The notes under the pieces: generated by a model | Database searches by the model: none | Seen by the model: the letters and a program-made list of their open reading frames with translations, nothing else | What the model was told of the DNA's origin: nothing | Shown: positions 50,202 to 60,173 of the stretch, one piece after another | Position numbering within the stretch: position 1 is the first letter of the stretch | Layout: each line of letters opens with the position of its first letter | NCBI GenBank assembly: GCA_964384105.1 | Contig: CAYLJV010000004.1 | Span: 1 to 64,000, forward strand | Length of the DNA: 64,000 nucleotides | Direction: 5' to 3' | Source: Candidatus Hadarchaeota archaeon | Lineage (GTDB): Archaea > Hadarchaeota > Hadarchaeia > Hadarchaeales > JAGGTB01 | Made by a program: the position numbers and the translations under genes

Positions 50202-50738
50202 CTACTCAGAAAACTTATTGTAAGTGATGAATTCATTTAAGTCCTTTCTGGATTTCTTTTTCTTTTCTAAAGGTCTCTTTGGATATCCCATCGTCATCAG
50301 GCCTACTATCTTGCAATAGTCTGGAACTTCTAGAACTTCTTTTGCTTTTTCTTGATTAAAGGCTCCTATCCAGCACGTTCCTAGTCCTTCTTCTGCGGCC
50401 TTGAGACTGAGGTGATCGAGAGCTATAGTCACATCTACGATTCCAGAAGGAATCTCACAAGACATTGTATATTCGGGATCAGTAGTAACACCTGCCACTA
50501 CAGCTGACGCTTCTTTCACGAAATCCTGTCTGTTTGCCGCTCTGGATAATTCTTCTTTTTTCTTGCTATCCGTCACTACGACGAATTTCCAATCCTGTTT
50601 ATTGTTAGCAGATGGTGCCATTCTGACGCAATCCATAATCTTCTCAACTTTCTCTTGAGGAATATCCCTGCCCTCATACGATCTCACAGATCTTCTACTC
50701 AATATGGCTTCTTCAACATTCAAAATATCTATCTCCAA
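50202..50738 (-). CDS. Nitroreductase family protein
   Basis: RRSVRSY, APSANNKQDW, GLGTCWIGAF. Confidence 0.93.
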   Translation of the reverse strand: MEIDILNVEEAILSRRSVRSYEGRDIPQEKVEKIMDCVRMAPSANNKQDWKFVVVTDSKKKEELSRAANRQDFVKEASAVVAGVTTDPEYTMSCEIPSGIVDVTIALDHLSLKAAEEGLGTCWIGAFNQEKAKEVLEVPDYCKIVGLMTMGYPKRPLEKKKKSRKDLNEFITYNKFSE

Positions 50739-50819
50739 TTTATTTTGTAATTATTTAGTTAATTTCAATCTTATTTTTAATTTTGTTTTACCATTTTCTG
50801 GTTGTAATGGTTGTTTAAA

Positions 50820-50870
50820 ATGGAGGTACCGCCCCGGCCAGTCCTCGAAAGTCCGTGTGACCCTCTGATG
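50820..50870 (+). ncRNA. Candidate C/D-box-like guide RNA antisense to the 23S rRNA P-loop
   Basis: GTACCGCCCCGGCCA is complementary to UGGC(U/C)GGGGCGGUAC; CTGA at 50865-50868, followed by a T-tract; C boxes are poor. Confidence 0.45.
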
Positions 50871-51011
50871 TTCTTTTTATTTTTCTAAACAAACACTTTA
50901 GTGTTATAGAAAAATTTTTAACAAATTGTAAAAATATTTATAGGAGCTTGGGGGTGACCTAGAGAGAATTTTCCAGTTAAGGTGATTTTATTAACATTTC
51001 AGTTATCATGC

Positions 51012-51204
51012 TCCCGCCGGTGAATTTCTTCTCTTGAGAATCGAATTTTACAACACCGGCGGTATGTGCCCCTGGGATTTCTCAACTCCTTGTTTGCACA
51101 GCTAGGGGCACTGGGGCTGGGCGTGCCGGTGGGCTCTGCTTCGGTCGGCTACCGACTGTTTGTTTTGCAACCTGCCCGCGAAAGGGTAACATCCCCGGCC
51201 CCTT
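51012..51204 (+). ncRNA. Unidentified three-domain structured RNA
   Basis: Three GC-rich 9-10 bp stems, G-U pairs on the + strand, a cUUCGg loop, TATA-like TTTTATTAA at 50986-50994. Confidence 0.65.
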
Positions 51205-51321
51205 AATCTCACTATCTCGAACTCATAATTAGAATTAAAATGGTTTTCGGTTGACTAAAAAATCCTATACGAAACTTCCGGACTTATGGAAGTATTAATA
51301 ATTCTATAATGAAAGAATAAG

Positions 51322-51711
51322 TTGGTCTTAATGAATATTATTAATCTATTTCATATCCATAGGAAGTATATCTTCAAGCACTACTTCGATGAAAGTAACC
51401 TGTTTAGAGATTTACGTGATTACTACGACAGATCGGAATACAGGTTCGAAGTGGACGAGGACGAAGTAGATTACGTTGTCGAGAAACTCGAAGAATATGG
51501 ATACAGAGCCCATATCGTTGAAAGAAATGAGATATCGGACTACACTTTGATTATAGGCAGATACGATAAACAGGGAGACCTACTGAAAAACTCCGTGGAA
51601 GTCATTGAACTCGGAGACGAGAAGGCTCTAGTTATGAAGAGCAGGGTCGCAAAAGAAGAAGCCATGGACCGAGGAAGAGAGCCGAACGAAAAATGGAAAG
51701 CACGCCTCTGA
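51322..51711 (+). CDS. Conserved hypothetical protein (resembles haloarchaeal proteins)
   Basis: YIFKHYF..LF..LRDYY...YRFEV; acidic composition. Confidence 0.7.
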   Translation: MVLMNIINLFHIHRKYIFKHYFDESNLFRDLRDYYDRSEYRFEVDEDEVDYVVEKLEEYGYRAHIVERNEISDYTLIIGRYDKQGDLLKNSVEVIELGDEKALVMKSRVAKEEAMDRGREPNEKWKARL

Positions 51712-51932
51712 AAGTTCAAAAAAACTATAAAAAACAAATCCTTTTCAACAGTGTTTCGAGAGCTTTTACTGAAAAGAAAAATTTGCTACTTTGGTATTTT
51801 CACTAGGAGTTTAAAATCAAATACTTTCTTAACAAGCTGTTAATTTTAATTTTGTATTAACATACTTTTATTAACGTTAACAAATCATTTAAACCACAAA
51901 AAGTTAAAAACCCAAACAAAGGAGAAACAAAA

Positions 51933-53405
51933 ATGTTTTCGTCAAAAATACCCAGATGTATGTCCACTCAACATCCGGACAATGCAAATCAGCCGATCTT
52001 TGCGAGCGACCCAGAAACGCTAAGAGATAAGGATGAGATTCTTGAAGCGTTCTTTGCCTACTCGGAGCTTAAATGTGATGAACAGATGTGGGATATAGAG
52101 GGAAAAGAAGCGAGTAGGTCAGTTGTTAGAGAACTACTTGAAGCACATCCTGATTTTTTCAAGGAAAACAAATTAGGGGAGGATCTTAGACTTACCGTTA
52201 GAATACCTAATCCAGAATACGAAAAAGTAGAACAAAAGGCAATACTCGAAATACTCGAGAACATACCGCGTTCTTATGATACTGCTAAGGTATTTTATGA
52301 TGATGGAACCGCGCCCATATACGAAGTTATCTTACCAATGACTACTTCTTCGAGGAGTTTAGAGAGGATATACCACTATTATCAAGGATATGTGTCGGGA
52401 AAGAAAGGTCATAGACCCTTCGACAAATCAATAGAAGAATGGGTAGGGGAAATAAAGCCCGATCGCGTGAATGTCATACCCTTAATAGAAGAAATGGATT
52501 ACATGTTGGAAGCTCACAACATAATCAGAGATTTTTTAGAGGAAAAGGAGATTGAGAGCCAAAGAGTTTTTCTTGCTAGGTCCGATCCAGCTCTGAATTA
52601 TGGATTGATCTCGGCAGTTTTGATAAACAAAATTGCATTAAGTAAGCTACAGAAGCTGGAAGAAAACGTTTCTACGAAGATATACCCGATACTCGGTGCC
52701 GGCTCGGCTCCGTTTAGGGGGAATTTATCTCCAGATCGAGTTGAGAATACTCTGGCAGAATACCCCTTCGTTCAGACATTTACAATACAGTCTGCTTTCA
52801 AATATGATTATCCGAAAGAAAAATCTTCAAAAGCCATAGAGATGATAAAAAATGCTAAAAGAAAAAGTATTGATCCGATGGATGAAAGAAAGTGCCTTTC
52901 ATTAATAGAGAAGGCAAAGGGGGACTATAGAAAAAAAGTATTGAGTCTAGCTTCGACTGTTAATAAACTATCTGAATACGTACCTTCGAGAAGATCAAGA
53001 AAACTTCATGTTGGATTATTCGGTTACTCTCGAGGGATAAATGGCGAGAATAAAAGTTTTAAACTCCCTAGGGCGATTAAATTCACTGCATCTTTATATT
53101 CTATAGGAGTCCCTCCTGAGATAATAGGGTTTAGTGCACTTTCTGAGAAAGATGTTGAATTTCTTGTGGATGAAGCTTATAAGAAAATTCTGACTGACCT
53201 TAAAGATGCAGCGCAATACTACAATGAAGATGTAGTTAAAGAGTTTCCTTTTTTAAAAGAAGATATGAAAAAAGTTCAGGAATATGTCGATGTAGAAATT
53301 AATGAAGAACATAAGGAAATAACAAATCAGATTTTGAATCAGGAAACGGATGATATGAAAGAAAAAATTCGACAGGCTGCAGAAATAAGGAAATTTTTAG
53401 GTTAA
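51933..53405 (+). CDS. ppcA: Archaeal phosphoenolpyruvate carboxylase
   Basis: IPRCMSTQHPDN, FLARSDPA, GSAPFRG, LPRAIKF. Confidence 0.96.
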   Translation: MFSSKIPRCMSTQHPDNANQPIFASDPETLRDKDEILEAFFAYSELKCDEQMWDIEGKEASRSVVRELLEAHPDFFKENKLGEDLRLTVRIPNPEYEKVEQKAILEILENIPRSYDTAKVFYDDGTAPIYEVILPMTTSSRSLERIYHYYQGYVSGKKGHRPFDKSIEEWVGEIKPDRVNVIPLIEEMDYMLEAHNIIRDFLEEKEIESQRVFLARSDPALNYGLISAVLINKIALSKLQKLEENVSTKIYPILGAGSAPFRGNLSPDRVENTLAEYPFVQTFTIQSAFKYDYPKEKSSKAIEMIKNAKRKSIDPMDERKCLSLIEKAKGDYRKKVLSLASTVNKLSEYVPSRRSRKLHVGLFGYSRGINGENKSFKLPRAIKFTASLYSIGVPPEIIGFSALSEKDVEFLVDEAYKKILTDLKDAAQYYNEDVVKEFPFLKEDMKKVQEYVDVEINEEHKEITNQILNQETDDMKEKIRQAAEIRKFLG

Positions 53406-53628
53406 GAATTTTGGTATCAGAGCATGCAGAAAGGTTAATTACTGATTCTTAATGTGGGCACTGGTTAATAACCGAAATTTTTTTCCCGTGGTTGTTTTCT
53501 AAAGTAATCTCAGCAGATTTTGATTATTGGAAATGGCACCAAGTAATATCTTATCGTAGCAAAAATAATAATTCTACTAAAAGATTTGAGTTACTTGGAT
53601 AAATCCCCAAGTTGACCAGACTTCGTAT

Positions 53629-53883
53629 CTAATGAACATTTTCCAAAGTAATTTCAATGCCGTGGATGTTCTTCTCGTATATCTCTTCGGATTTTTTTAC
53701 TCTTACGTAAGGAATTGTATCCGTCAACATTTTGACAATCTCCGATGTCTTGCCAGTTTTCTCACCAAGTCCTCTAATTCTCACTTCGTTAGAAAAAGTA
53801 AGTTTGAACAGGCAGGTGCTGGCGTACGTGTCGGCGTGTCTGTTACCGACTTTAACATTGCTTATATTTACATTTTTGATCAT
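53629..53883 (-). CDS. Divergent Alba-family nucleic-acid-binding protein
   Basis: VKVG..Y...EVRIRGLG..TGK..EIV...IEITL; AGGAGGT RBS. Confidence 0.7.
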   Translation of the reverse strand: MIKNVNISNVKVGNRHADTYASTCLFKLTFSNEVRIRGLGEKTGKTSEIVKMLTDTIPYVRVKKSEEIYEKNIHGIEITLENVH

Positions 53884-54307
53884 TATTATCTACCTCCTAA
53901 TTTTATCAAATTCTGAATCAAATCTCCAATAGAATTATTACCAAATTGAATGATTTTTCTAAGAACGTTCCAACGTTTTCTATAAATTTCCTGATTATTA
54001 CTATCGTGTTACACACCCTTAAGCTTTTAGTCTATTGTCGAATTAACTTGGAATAATAGTAGTAATAATAGACAAAAATAACCGTTTTCTTTAAATACAT
54101 ATACCAATTGTCGAATTTTTCCTGTTCAATATAATACCCGTCAGCTATTTCTCTGATTATGTTTTGACCGTTCTTTTTTGTTAGGCAATTTAAACAAACT
54201 TGAAAGTTTATTTTCACATCACGTGTTTTATCACAAAATCTCTTTTTCTGTATCTTTGATTTTGCACTTAATTTTAAGAATCTATAAATCGAATTTTTAA
54301 TTGAATT

Positions 54308-55006
54308 ATGAGCAAAAGTGCTGAGATAATTAAGGCTCCGGAGATGAAAGAGGGGAAGGGTGCTAAGGTCAAGAGGGCCTTCCCTAACAGAGAAGTATCT
54401 CAAGTAAATCCTTTTATTCTTCTCGATGAATTCTTCGTAGAACCGCCAGCTGGCTTTCCAGAACATCCTCACAGCGGGTTCGAGGCGATAACTTACATGC
54501 TTGAAGGAGCTTTCGAGCACGAGGACAATAGCGGGGCAACTGGGAGAATAGAAACTGGTGAAGTACAGCATATGATCACGGGGTCAGGAATAAGACATTC
54601 CGAGTTTCCCGGGACTAATGGACTTAATCATGGACTTCAGCTTTGGATAGATTTACCGGACGAACTTAAGGATATGAGCCCCCAGTATTCGAGCTTTAAG
54701 AGAAATGAAATTCCGATAGAGAAAACGGAGAGCGTTACCATAAGAACGATTATTGGAGAGGGTTCACCTGTCGAAGTTCACACACCTGTTCAATATATCT
54801 ATGTCACTGTGAAGCAGGGGGGAGAATTTTCTTGGAAGATAAAAGAGGGATACAACGGATTTCTTTATTGCGTTTCTGGTAATGGTACATATGAGCAGGA
54901 TATCGACTTTGATGGGGGTACTTTATTGCTTTTCGAGAGAAGGCAGATTAAAATTAGATCAAATACCGAGATGGAGTTTGCTGTAATATCTGGAGAGCCT
55001 CTTTAG
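54308..55006 (+). CDS. Pirin family protein
   Basis: PFILLDEF, HPHSGFE, GSGIRHSE, GLQLW. Confidence 0.93.
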   Translation: MSKSAEIIKAPEMKEGKGAKVKRAFPNREVSQVNPFILLDEFFVEPPAGFPEHPHSGFEAITYMLEGAFEHEDNSGATGRIETGEVQHMITGSGIRHSEFPGTNGLNHGLQLWIDLPDELKDMSPQYSSFKRNEIPIEKTESVTIRTIIGEGSPVEVHTPVQYIYVTVKQGGEFSWKIKEGYNGFLYCVSGNGTYEQDIDFDGGTLLLFERRQIKIRSNTEMEFAVISGEPL

Positions 55007-55427
55007 ATTTCAGATTTCTTAGTAAGAATTAATAAAATAGAATAGAAGTATTTTTTTCTTTTTGAGCAGTTCCTTGTTACTTTTTTATTTCTAGGTTTAT
55101 CTTTTTCCAGTTTTCTCCGATCTTCTCTTTTTCGGCAGTACTTTCCTTCTCTTCTTGAAGATTGGATACCGCGCATGTGAGGACTGAAGTAAGTATTTCT
55201 CGAACAAACTTATTCATGACGATCTTTCGATTGTCTACTTCAAGTTTAATATCCAAATTTTCACCCCCGCATTATTACTATTAACTTTCTTTGATTCTTT
55301 AAACCAATGTGTGGTAAAAGTGAATACAGCTCTGAACTAAAACTCAATTCATTTATTTCTATTTCCAATTTCTTTAGAAGAAAAAAATAAACTTAAAGAA
55401 AGAGAGTTTTGAACAGGATGTGATATT

Positions 55428-55742
55428 TTGCCGAAAGTAAAAATTACCGTTCTTAAAAAGACCACGGAAGAAGACCTTTTCGAAGAATACGCTCACGAAA
55501 ATTGCGAAAGAATTTGTAGTAGATTCGATGTGGGTGAAGAGTTTGTAGTTGAAGGAGAAGGACTGTCTGTTCCCGAGGATTTTTGCCCTTATGCGTGGGA
55601 TTCTATTTCGAGCCATATCAAGGCATTGATTCTAGGTGGTAACTTTGGCCTGTGGGAATGGACTAAGGATGAAAAAACCGCAGTAGTATGTTGTCCGGAC
55701 GGGTTGAAGCCAGTGTTTTTTAAACTAGAGCCGGTTGAGTAG
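55428..55742 (+). CDS. TIGR04076 family protein
   Basis: KITVLK, PEDFCPYAW, CCPDGLKPVFFKLE. Confidence 0.85.
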   Translation: MPKVKITVLKKTTEEDLFEEYAHENCERICSRFDVGEEFVVEGEGLSVPEDFCPYAWDSISSHIKALILGGNFGLWEWTKDEKTAVVCCPDGLKPVFFKLEPVE

Positions 55743-55847
55743 GTTGGTTTGCGAGTAAGAGGTCTTCATCTGTACGAATAGTAAGGACTAATTATTCTAC
55801 TACTTTTTAATAAAAATAGTGCGTGATATTTAACCTAGGGGGATTGG

Positions 55848-56204
55848 ATGGAATATACGACTAAGACTATGCTTCCTCCAGAAGTGAATAAATTCTCTAT
55901 TTCAGAGAGTTCTTTTAGAAGGATTTTGGAGGAGAATCTTGGAGGAGAGATAGAATCTATAGACGTGGATGGGGATGAGGTGGATATAAAGATATCCGGT
56001 TCTTTTTTGAAGAAGATTCTAGGAGAGAGATACGAGAAGAAAATCGGTGGCGTAGAGGTTGACGGTGGAGAAGTGGATATAAGGTTACAAAAACCTCGTG
56101 AAGAATTGGAGGATGAAGATGAAGAAGAGACCGAAGAGAAGACTGAGGATGAAAACGGGGAGGAAGAGAAAAGTAAAAACAAGAGGTCAATATTCTCCAT
56201 TTAG
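55848..56204 (+). CDS. Hypothetical protein with an internal tandem duplication
   Basis: SF.RILEE..G.I..IDVDGDEVDI repeated as SFLKKILGE..KI..VEVDGGEVDI. Confidence 0.65.
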   Translation: MEYTTKTMLPPEVNKFSISESSFRRILEENLGGEIESIDVDGDEVDIKISGSFLKKILGERYEKKIGGVEVDGGEVDIRLQKPREELEDEDEEETEEKTEDENGEEEKSKNKRSIFSI

Positions 56205-56314
56205 AGTAAAAGTTAACTTTATCCATCTTTTTTGAGTGTAATTGTTTTTAGAATATTGAAAAAGAAAGATTTTTAGTTTTTAGAGGTTTTCAGTATTTTG
56301 GGGGAGGTGAAAAG

Positions 56315-56776
56315 ATGAAGATTTTGAGCCCTACATTTGATGATGGTGGAAAGATTCCATCCAAGTACACCTGTGACGGTGCTGATATTTCTCCTAGGCT
56401 GGACATTTCCCAAGTTCCTCCGGACGCTAAAAGCTTAGCTGTGGTAGTTGACGACCCGGATGCGCCTGGAGGTGTTTTTGACCACTGGGTTATCTGGAAT
56501 ATCCGCGCGGATATTGACACTATTCCTGAGGAAGTTCCAAAAAAAGAAGTCGTAGATTCCCTTGGTGGAGCTTTGCAGGGTAAGAACGATTTTGGTAGTA
56601 TTGGCTACAGAGGTCCGTGTCCTCCAGGAGGTCCGGCTCACAGGTACAGATTCAAGGCTTATGCCCTTGACGAAAAATTAGACTTGGACTCCGAAGTGTT
56701 GAAGAAAGATTTGGAAAAAGAGATGGAAGGACACGTTCTTTCAAAAGACGAAATAGTAGGAAAATATAGTCGTTAA
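56315..56776 (+). CDS. YbhB/YbcL (PEBP) family protein
   Basis: DDPDAP, HWV, GYRGPCPP, HRYRF. Confidence 0.93.
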   Translation: MKILSPTFDDGGKIPSKYTCDGADISPRLDISQVPPDAKSLAVVVDDPDAPGGVFDHWVIWNIRADIDTIPEEVPKKEVVDSLGGALQGKNDFGSIGYRGPCPPGGPAHRYRFKAYALDEKLDLDSEVLKKDLEKEMEGHVLSKDEIVGKYSR

Positions 56777-56804
56777 ATTCTCAGTTAATTGTATCTATCG
56801 AGAT

Positions 56805-58760
56805 TTACTCGGTTATTATCATTCCTGGCCCAGGGGGTAGAATCCTCATTAATTCGTCAATATCTACCTTCTTGCCTGTTTTTTCTTCTATTTCTTCTTT
56901 GAGTTCCTTAGCGAGTTCACTTTTCTTTGTTGGACCTGGTTTTAATTTAGCCAGTATTTCGGAACGAGCACTTATCGCCGATATTGGGCCACACATAAGA
57001 ACATCGTTTCCATTATCCTCTTTGAATAAGCCTATTTCAACTTCTACAGGAACGGTTAGATAATTTCTTTCTCCTTTTATCATGTAGCTCCCCTGGGGGA
57101 GATATTCTCCTGCAGGTGTCTCTTTGGTTACTTGTTCAGGTTTTGCCCAGTAAACATCTGCGTTTGCTAGACCCTTTTTCCATGCTCTAGAGTACGCTGC
57201 TGCTAGCTTCGCCGCTTCCCCTATGGTGCTTTCGGGAATCTTTTTGTTTTCACTTTTTATTACCGTATGAGGCGCCCCTTCCAAATCCGCATGGAGGTAT
57301 AGGTCCTGGGATTCCATGTGTTTTTCTACGACTTCTTGATTCGTTTTTTTGTCCCGTCCCGCTATTATCAAAAATCCGTCCGAGGAGTAACACCATCTGT
57401 ATTTTTCATACCACATTCTCTTCCGTGTCTTTTTTGGAGCCGGTTTTTCGGGGATTTCTATCTCTTCCTCTTTCAATTCTTCGATTTCTCTCAGAGTTTT
57501 TTCTCTCGCTTTTTTAGCTCCTTCAATCTTACTTTTCGAACGTTTGTATTCTTTGTAGAATTTGGCTGCATTTTCAAACGATGATAATCTTATATCTATC
57601 TTGACCGATACTTCCGGAAAGTTGATTGTAACTTCTCCTTTGTGGGGATCTACAGATTCGATCATGCTTGCCCATTTCTTACCTTCCTTTGATGCCTCTT
57701 GGATAATTTCGTCAATGTTTTCCCAGCCCTTTTCATTTCTAATCTTGTCTAGCTTTTCTAGAATTTCGTCAACAGTTTTATTACATGTTGAGATCTTATC
57801 GGCCTTTCTTTTGGTTTCCTTCTTTTTTTCTTTCATCTCTTGTATCTGGTTTTCCTGTTTTTCGAGCTTGGATTTTATTTTATTCAGTTTCTTTTCCAAT
57901 ATGCTTTCTTTCTTATCTTCTACTTTCTCTCTAGCAATTTTTTGAAAATATTTGTCTAGAGCTTCGTTAAAACTTTCAAAACTCTCGCTTTCTTGATCTT
58001 GTTGAGTTTCAAAGGGAAAAGGTAGTACTTGAATGGGTTCTTCATTTTCATATACGATTACTGGAGATTTCTTTCTTGTGAGAATATCCTTTATCACTTC
58101 GTGGATTTTTTCGTAATCTGATTTGGAGAGTTCATTAGGATCGGTTTCTTTTGATATGCCGGCTCTGGAGCATATTTCTTCGGAGAGATCTCCACCGATA
58201 TTGAGATTTCTGGCTAGTCCTCTTACGAGTTCTTTAGATTCTTTCAATACCTCTTCCAGTTCATTTATGGAAATAGAGGAGATATTTTTTCCTTTTTTAG
58301 GCGGTAAAGAATATTCCTGACCGGATTTTATCTCTCTGTGCTTCCAGCTTTTGGTCCGATACGGTTGTATTATTTTCCGGTCTTTATCACATAATATCAA
58401 GTTGCCGTCCCCAAAAAGCTCGGCAATTAAATAAAATGTTCCTTTTTTACTCTCAAACTTTAGGTTCACTATCCTTTCCATGTCAGGTTGGATGATATCG
58501 GTTAGTTTGGAGTTTTCCAAATATTTTCTCAACAGCATTGGGTAAGAAGGTGGATGAGTTGGAGTTTCATATTTCATCTCGGTTAGGTGTATCCGTTTTC
58601 CGGGTTCGATTATTAAATCAGTTCTACTTTCTCCAGATGGTTTGAATTTGAAGAGGAATACTCCGCCAATCTCGTAGATTTTTCCGGTCCAGGCTCCTAC
58701 AATTATCTCTAGCTCTTCTAGGCAATTCTTGATATCTAGTGCGGACATTGTGTTTTTCAA
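56805..58760 (-). CDS. rqcH: Ribosome rescue factor Rqc2/RqcH (NFACT/FbpA)
   Basis: LRKYL, ER, ELFG.GN, WYEKYRW..SSDG, GRD...N, LHAD, GEYL..GS. Confidence 0.93.
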   Translation of the reverse strand: MKNTMSALDIKNCLEELEIIVGAWTGKIYEIGGVFLFKFKPSGESRTDLIIEPGKRIHLTEMKYETPTHPPSYPMLLRKYLENSKLTDIIQPDMERIVNLKFESKKGTFYLIAELFGDGNLILCDKDRKIIQPYRTKSWKHREIKSGQEYSLPPKKGKNISSISINELEEVLKESKELVRGLARNLNIGGDLSEEICSRAGISKETDPNELSKSDYEKIHEVIKDILTRKKSPVIVYENEEPIQVLPFPFETQQDQESESFESFNEALDKYFQKIAREKVEDKKESILEKKLNKIKSKLEKQENQIQEMKEKKKETKRKADKISTCNKTVDEILEKLDKIRNEKGWENIDEIIQEASKEGKKWASMIESVDPHKGEVTINFPEVSVKIDIRLSSFENAAKFYKEYKRSKSKIEGAKKAREKTLREIEELKEEEIEIPEKPAPKKTRKRMWYEKYRWCYSSDGFLIIAGRDKKTNQEVVEKHMESQDLYLHADLEGAPHTVIKSENKKIPESTIGEAAKLAAAYSRAWKKGLANADVYWAKPEQVTKETPAGEYLPQGSYMIKGERNYLTVPVEVEIGLFKEDNGNDVLMCGPISAISARSEILAKLKPGPTKKSELAKELKEEIEEKTGKKVDIDELMRILPPGPGMIITE

Positions 58761-58855
58761 GTATTATCACCTTTTGGAATTTTTTCAAGATTTAATAAAA
58801 CCATCATTAGTATAAATAAAAAATGGGATAAAATGGGTCTCTGAAAGTTTGTAAA

Positions 58856-59962
58856 TTACTTTCTAGCCACGAGGACAATGTCTTTTTTGCTCTGTTGGTG
58901 TTCTACATTTGTAACTATTTTCGCTACTTCATCGTCCGTGATGTCTATTACATAGATCACTTGTAAGTCGTAATCAGCTATATTTGCGTCGTCTCGAGCT
59001 GCTTCTATGACACTTTTAGCCCAATCTTCCCACTCAGAATTAGCTTCTTCAAATCCGGCTTTTGAGGCCTTTATTTCTTCCCATACATCTGTTGAAAATC
59101 TATGGGTTGCTCCATCCTGGTTATAGCTCCATGCAATCGAGGAAATGACATCTTTTGGATATATTATTTTTAATACCTCAGCGTTTTGCACTCTCTGAAT
59201 CAGAGTTTTGTTTTCTGGATCGTATTCATAAACGTCAACTCTGGATCCTTCTTCAAGAGTAGGTGTCTTTTGAAATTCATTTATGATTGGAACCATATAG
59301 GAATTTGGAGCTCGGAACTTTGCTTCCTTTAAAACTTCCCAATTTTTGTTCAATACGAAACTTCTTGCTTCGGATTTAGCATAATGAATCTCATAGAGTG
59401 GACTGTCCTGTCTCACCATAACCACATAGTTTTCGTAGATGGTACCTATTTGAGATAGATGTATGCTCCGCCATTCGGAATTCAATTTATCATTTAGCTC
59501 GGTCTCAGCTGCAGTTAGTGCATTTAGACTAGTTGCTGAATTTATTTGCTTTTTTAGGCTTTGATTGAGCTCTTCAAGCTCATAAAAATGCCCTTGGGTT
59601 GCTTTTTCTATCTGAGTGATAAGTTCCTTGCGTTTTTTCTCGATTTCATAAGAAGAGTTGATCTCGTTTACTATCGAGGCAACTTCACCTTTCGAATCAG
59701 CGGCTTGTATCTGTGCTAGATATTCTCTTGTCTTAGCTTGAGATTCTTCAGTTTTGACTTGGGCCAATGTTTTGGCTAAAGTATTGGTTGCAGAGTCTTT
59801 GGCCTCTTGCAGTTCTTCCCTTTCAGCTTTTACAAAACCGAAGTAATAGACTCCATATCCAACTGCACCAATTATGGCTAGTACGACAACAACTCCAACC
59901 ACTACCGAAGAATCGACTTTTCCTTCTTGATTAATACGTTTCACGCTCCAGTAACCAAACAT
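58856..59962 (-). CDS. DUF515-like pilus-associated membrane protein
   Basis: N-terminal TM, coiled coil, GSRVDVY SAF/CpaB-like C-terminus; divergent from the pilin cluster. Confidence 0.7.
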   Translation of the reverse strand: MFGYWSVKRINQEGKVDSSVVVGVVVVLAIIGAVGYGVYYFGFVKAEREELQEAKDSATNTLAKTLAQVKTEESQAKTREYLAQIQAADSKGEVASIVNEINSSYEIEKKRKELITQIEKATQGHFYELEELNQSLKKQINSATSLNALTAAETELNDKLNSEWRSIHLSQIGTIYENYVVMVRQDSPLYEIHYAKSEARSFVLNKNWEVLKEAKFRAPNSYMVPIINEFQKTPTLEEGSRVDVYEYDPENKTLIQRVQNAEVLKIIYPKDVISSIAWSYNQDGATHRFSTDVWEEIKASKAGFEEANSEWEDWAKSVIEAARDDANIADYDLQVIYVIDITDDEVAKIVTNVEHQQSKKDIVLVARK

Positions 59963-60173
59963 AATAGTGAGCTATTCATATATAAGCTAAAGCTTTTTTC
60001 GTACTATTAGTGCTAACTAAAGGTCGGATTGACAATCAGAAGGTTTTTTTTTCTCCCATTAAGGATGAGAGGTCCAATTGGATTGAGAGAATTATTTAGC
60101 GATTGAATGGTAGCCTTATAAGTAAAAGGTGTCGATAATAGTATAATAGAAGATGTTAGAAAATTACTAATTA

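Noticed and set aside
50815-50875. Fluoride riboswitch interpretation (ATGGAG...CTGATG)
   Set aside because: The P1 stem and pseudoknot complementarity are absent, and there is no adjacent fluoride-related gene
51012-51204. Cobalamin riboswitch interpretation (CGGTG, GCACTG, ACCTGCC fragments)
   Set aside because: The GGGAA element and B12 box are missing, and these fragments are tied up in other stems
54032-54571. 179-aa minus-strand ORF and other antisense ORFs in the track
   Set aside because: They overlap well-supported genes on the opposite strand and have no motifs
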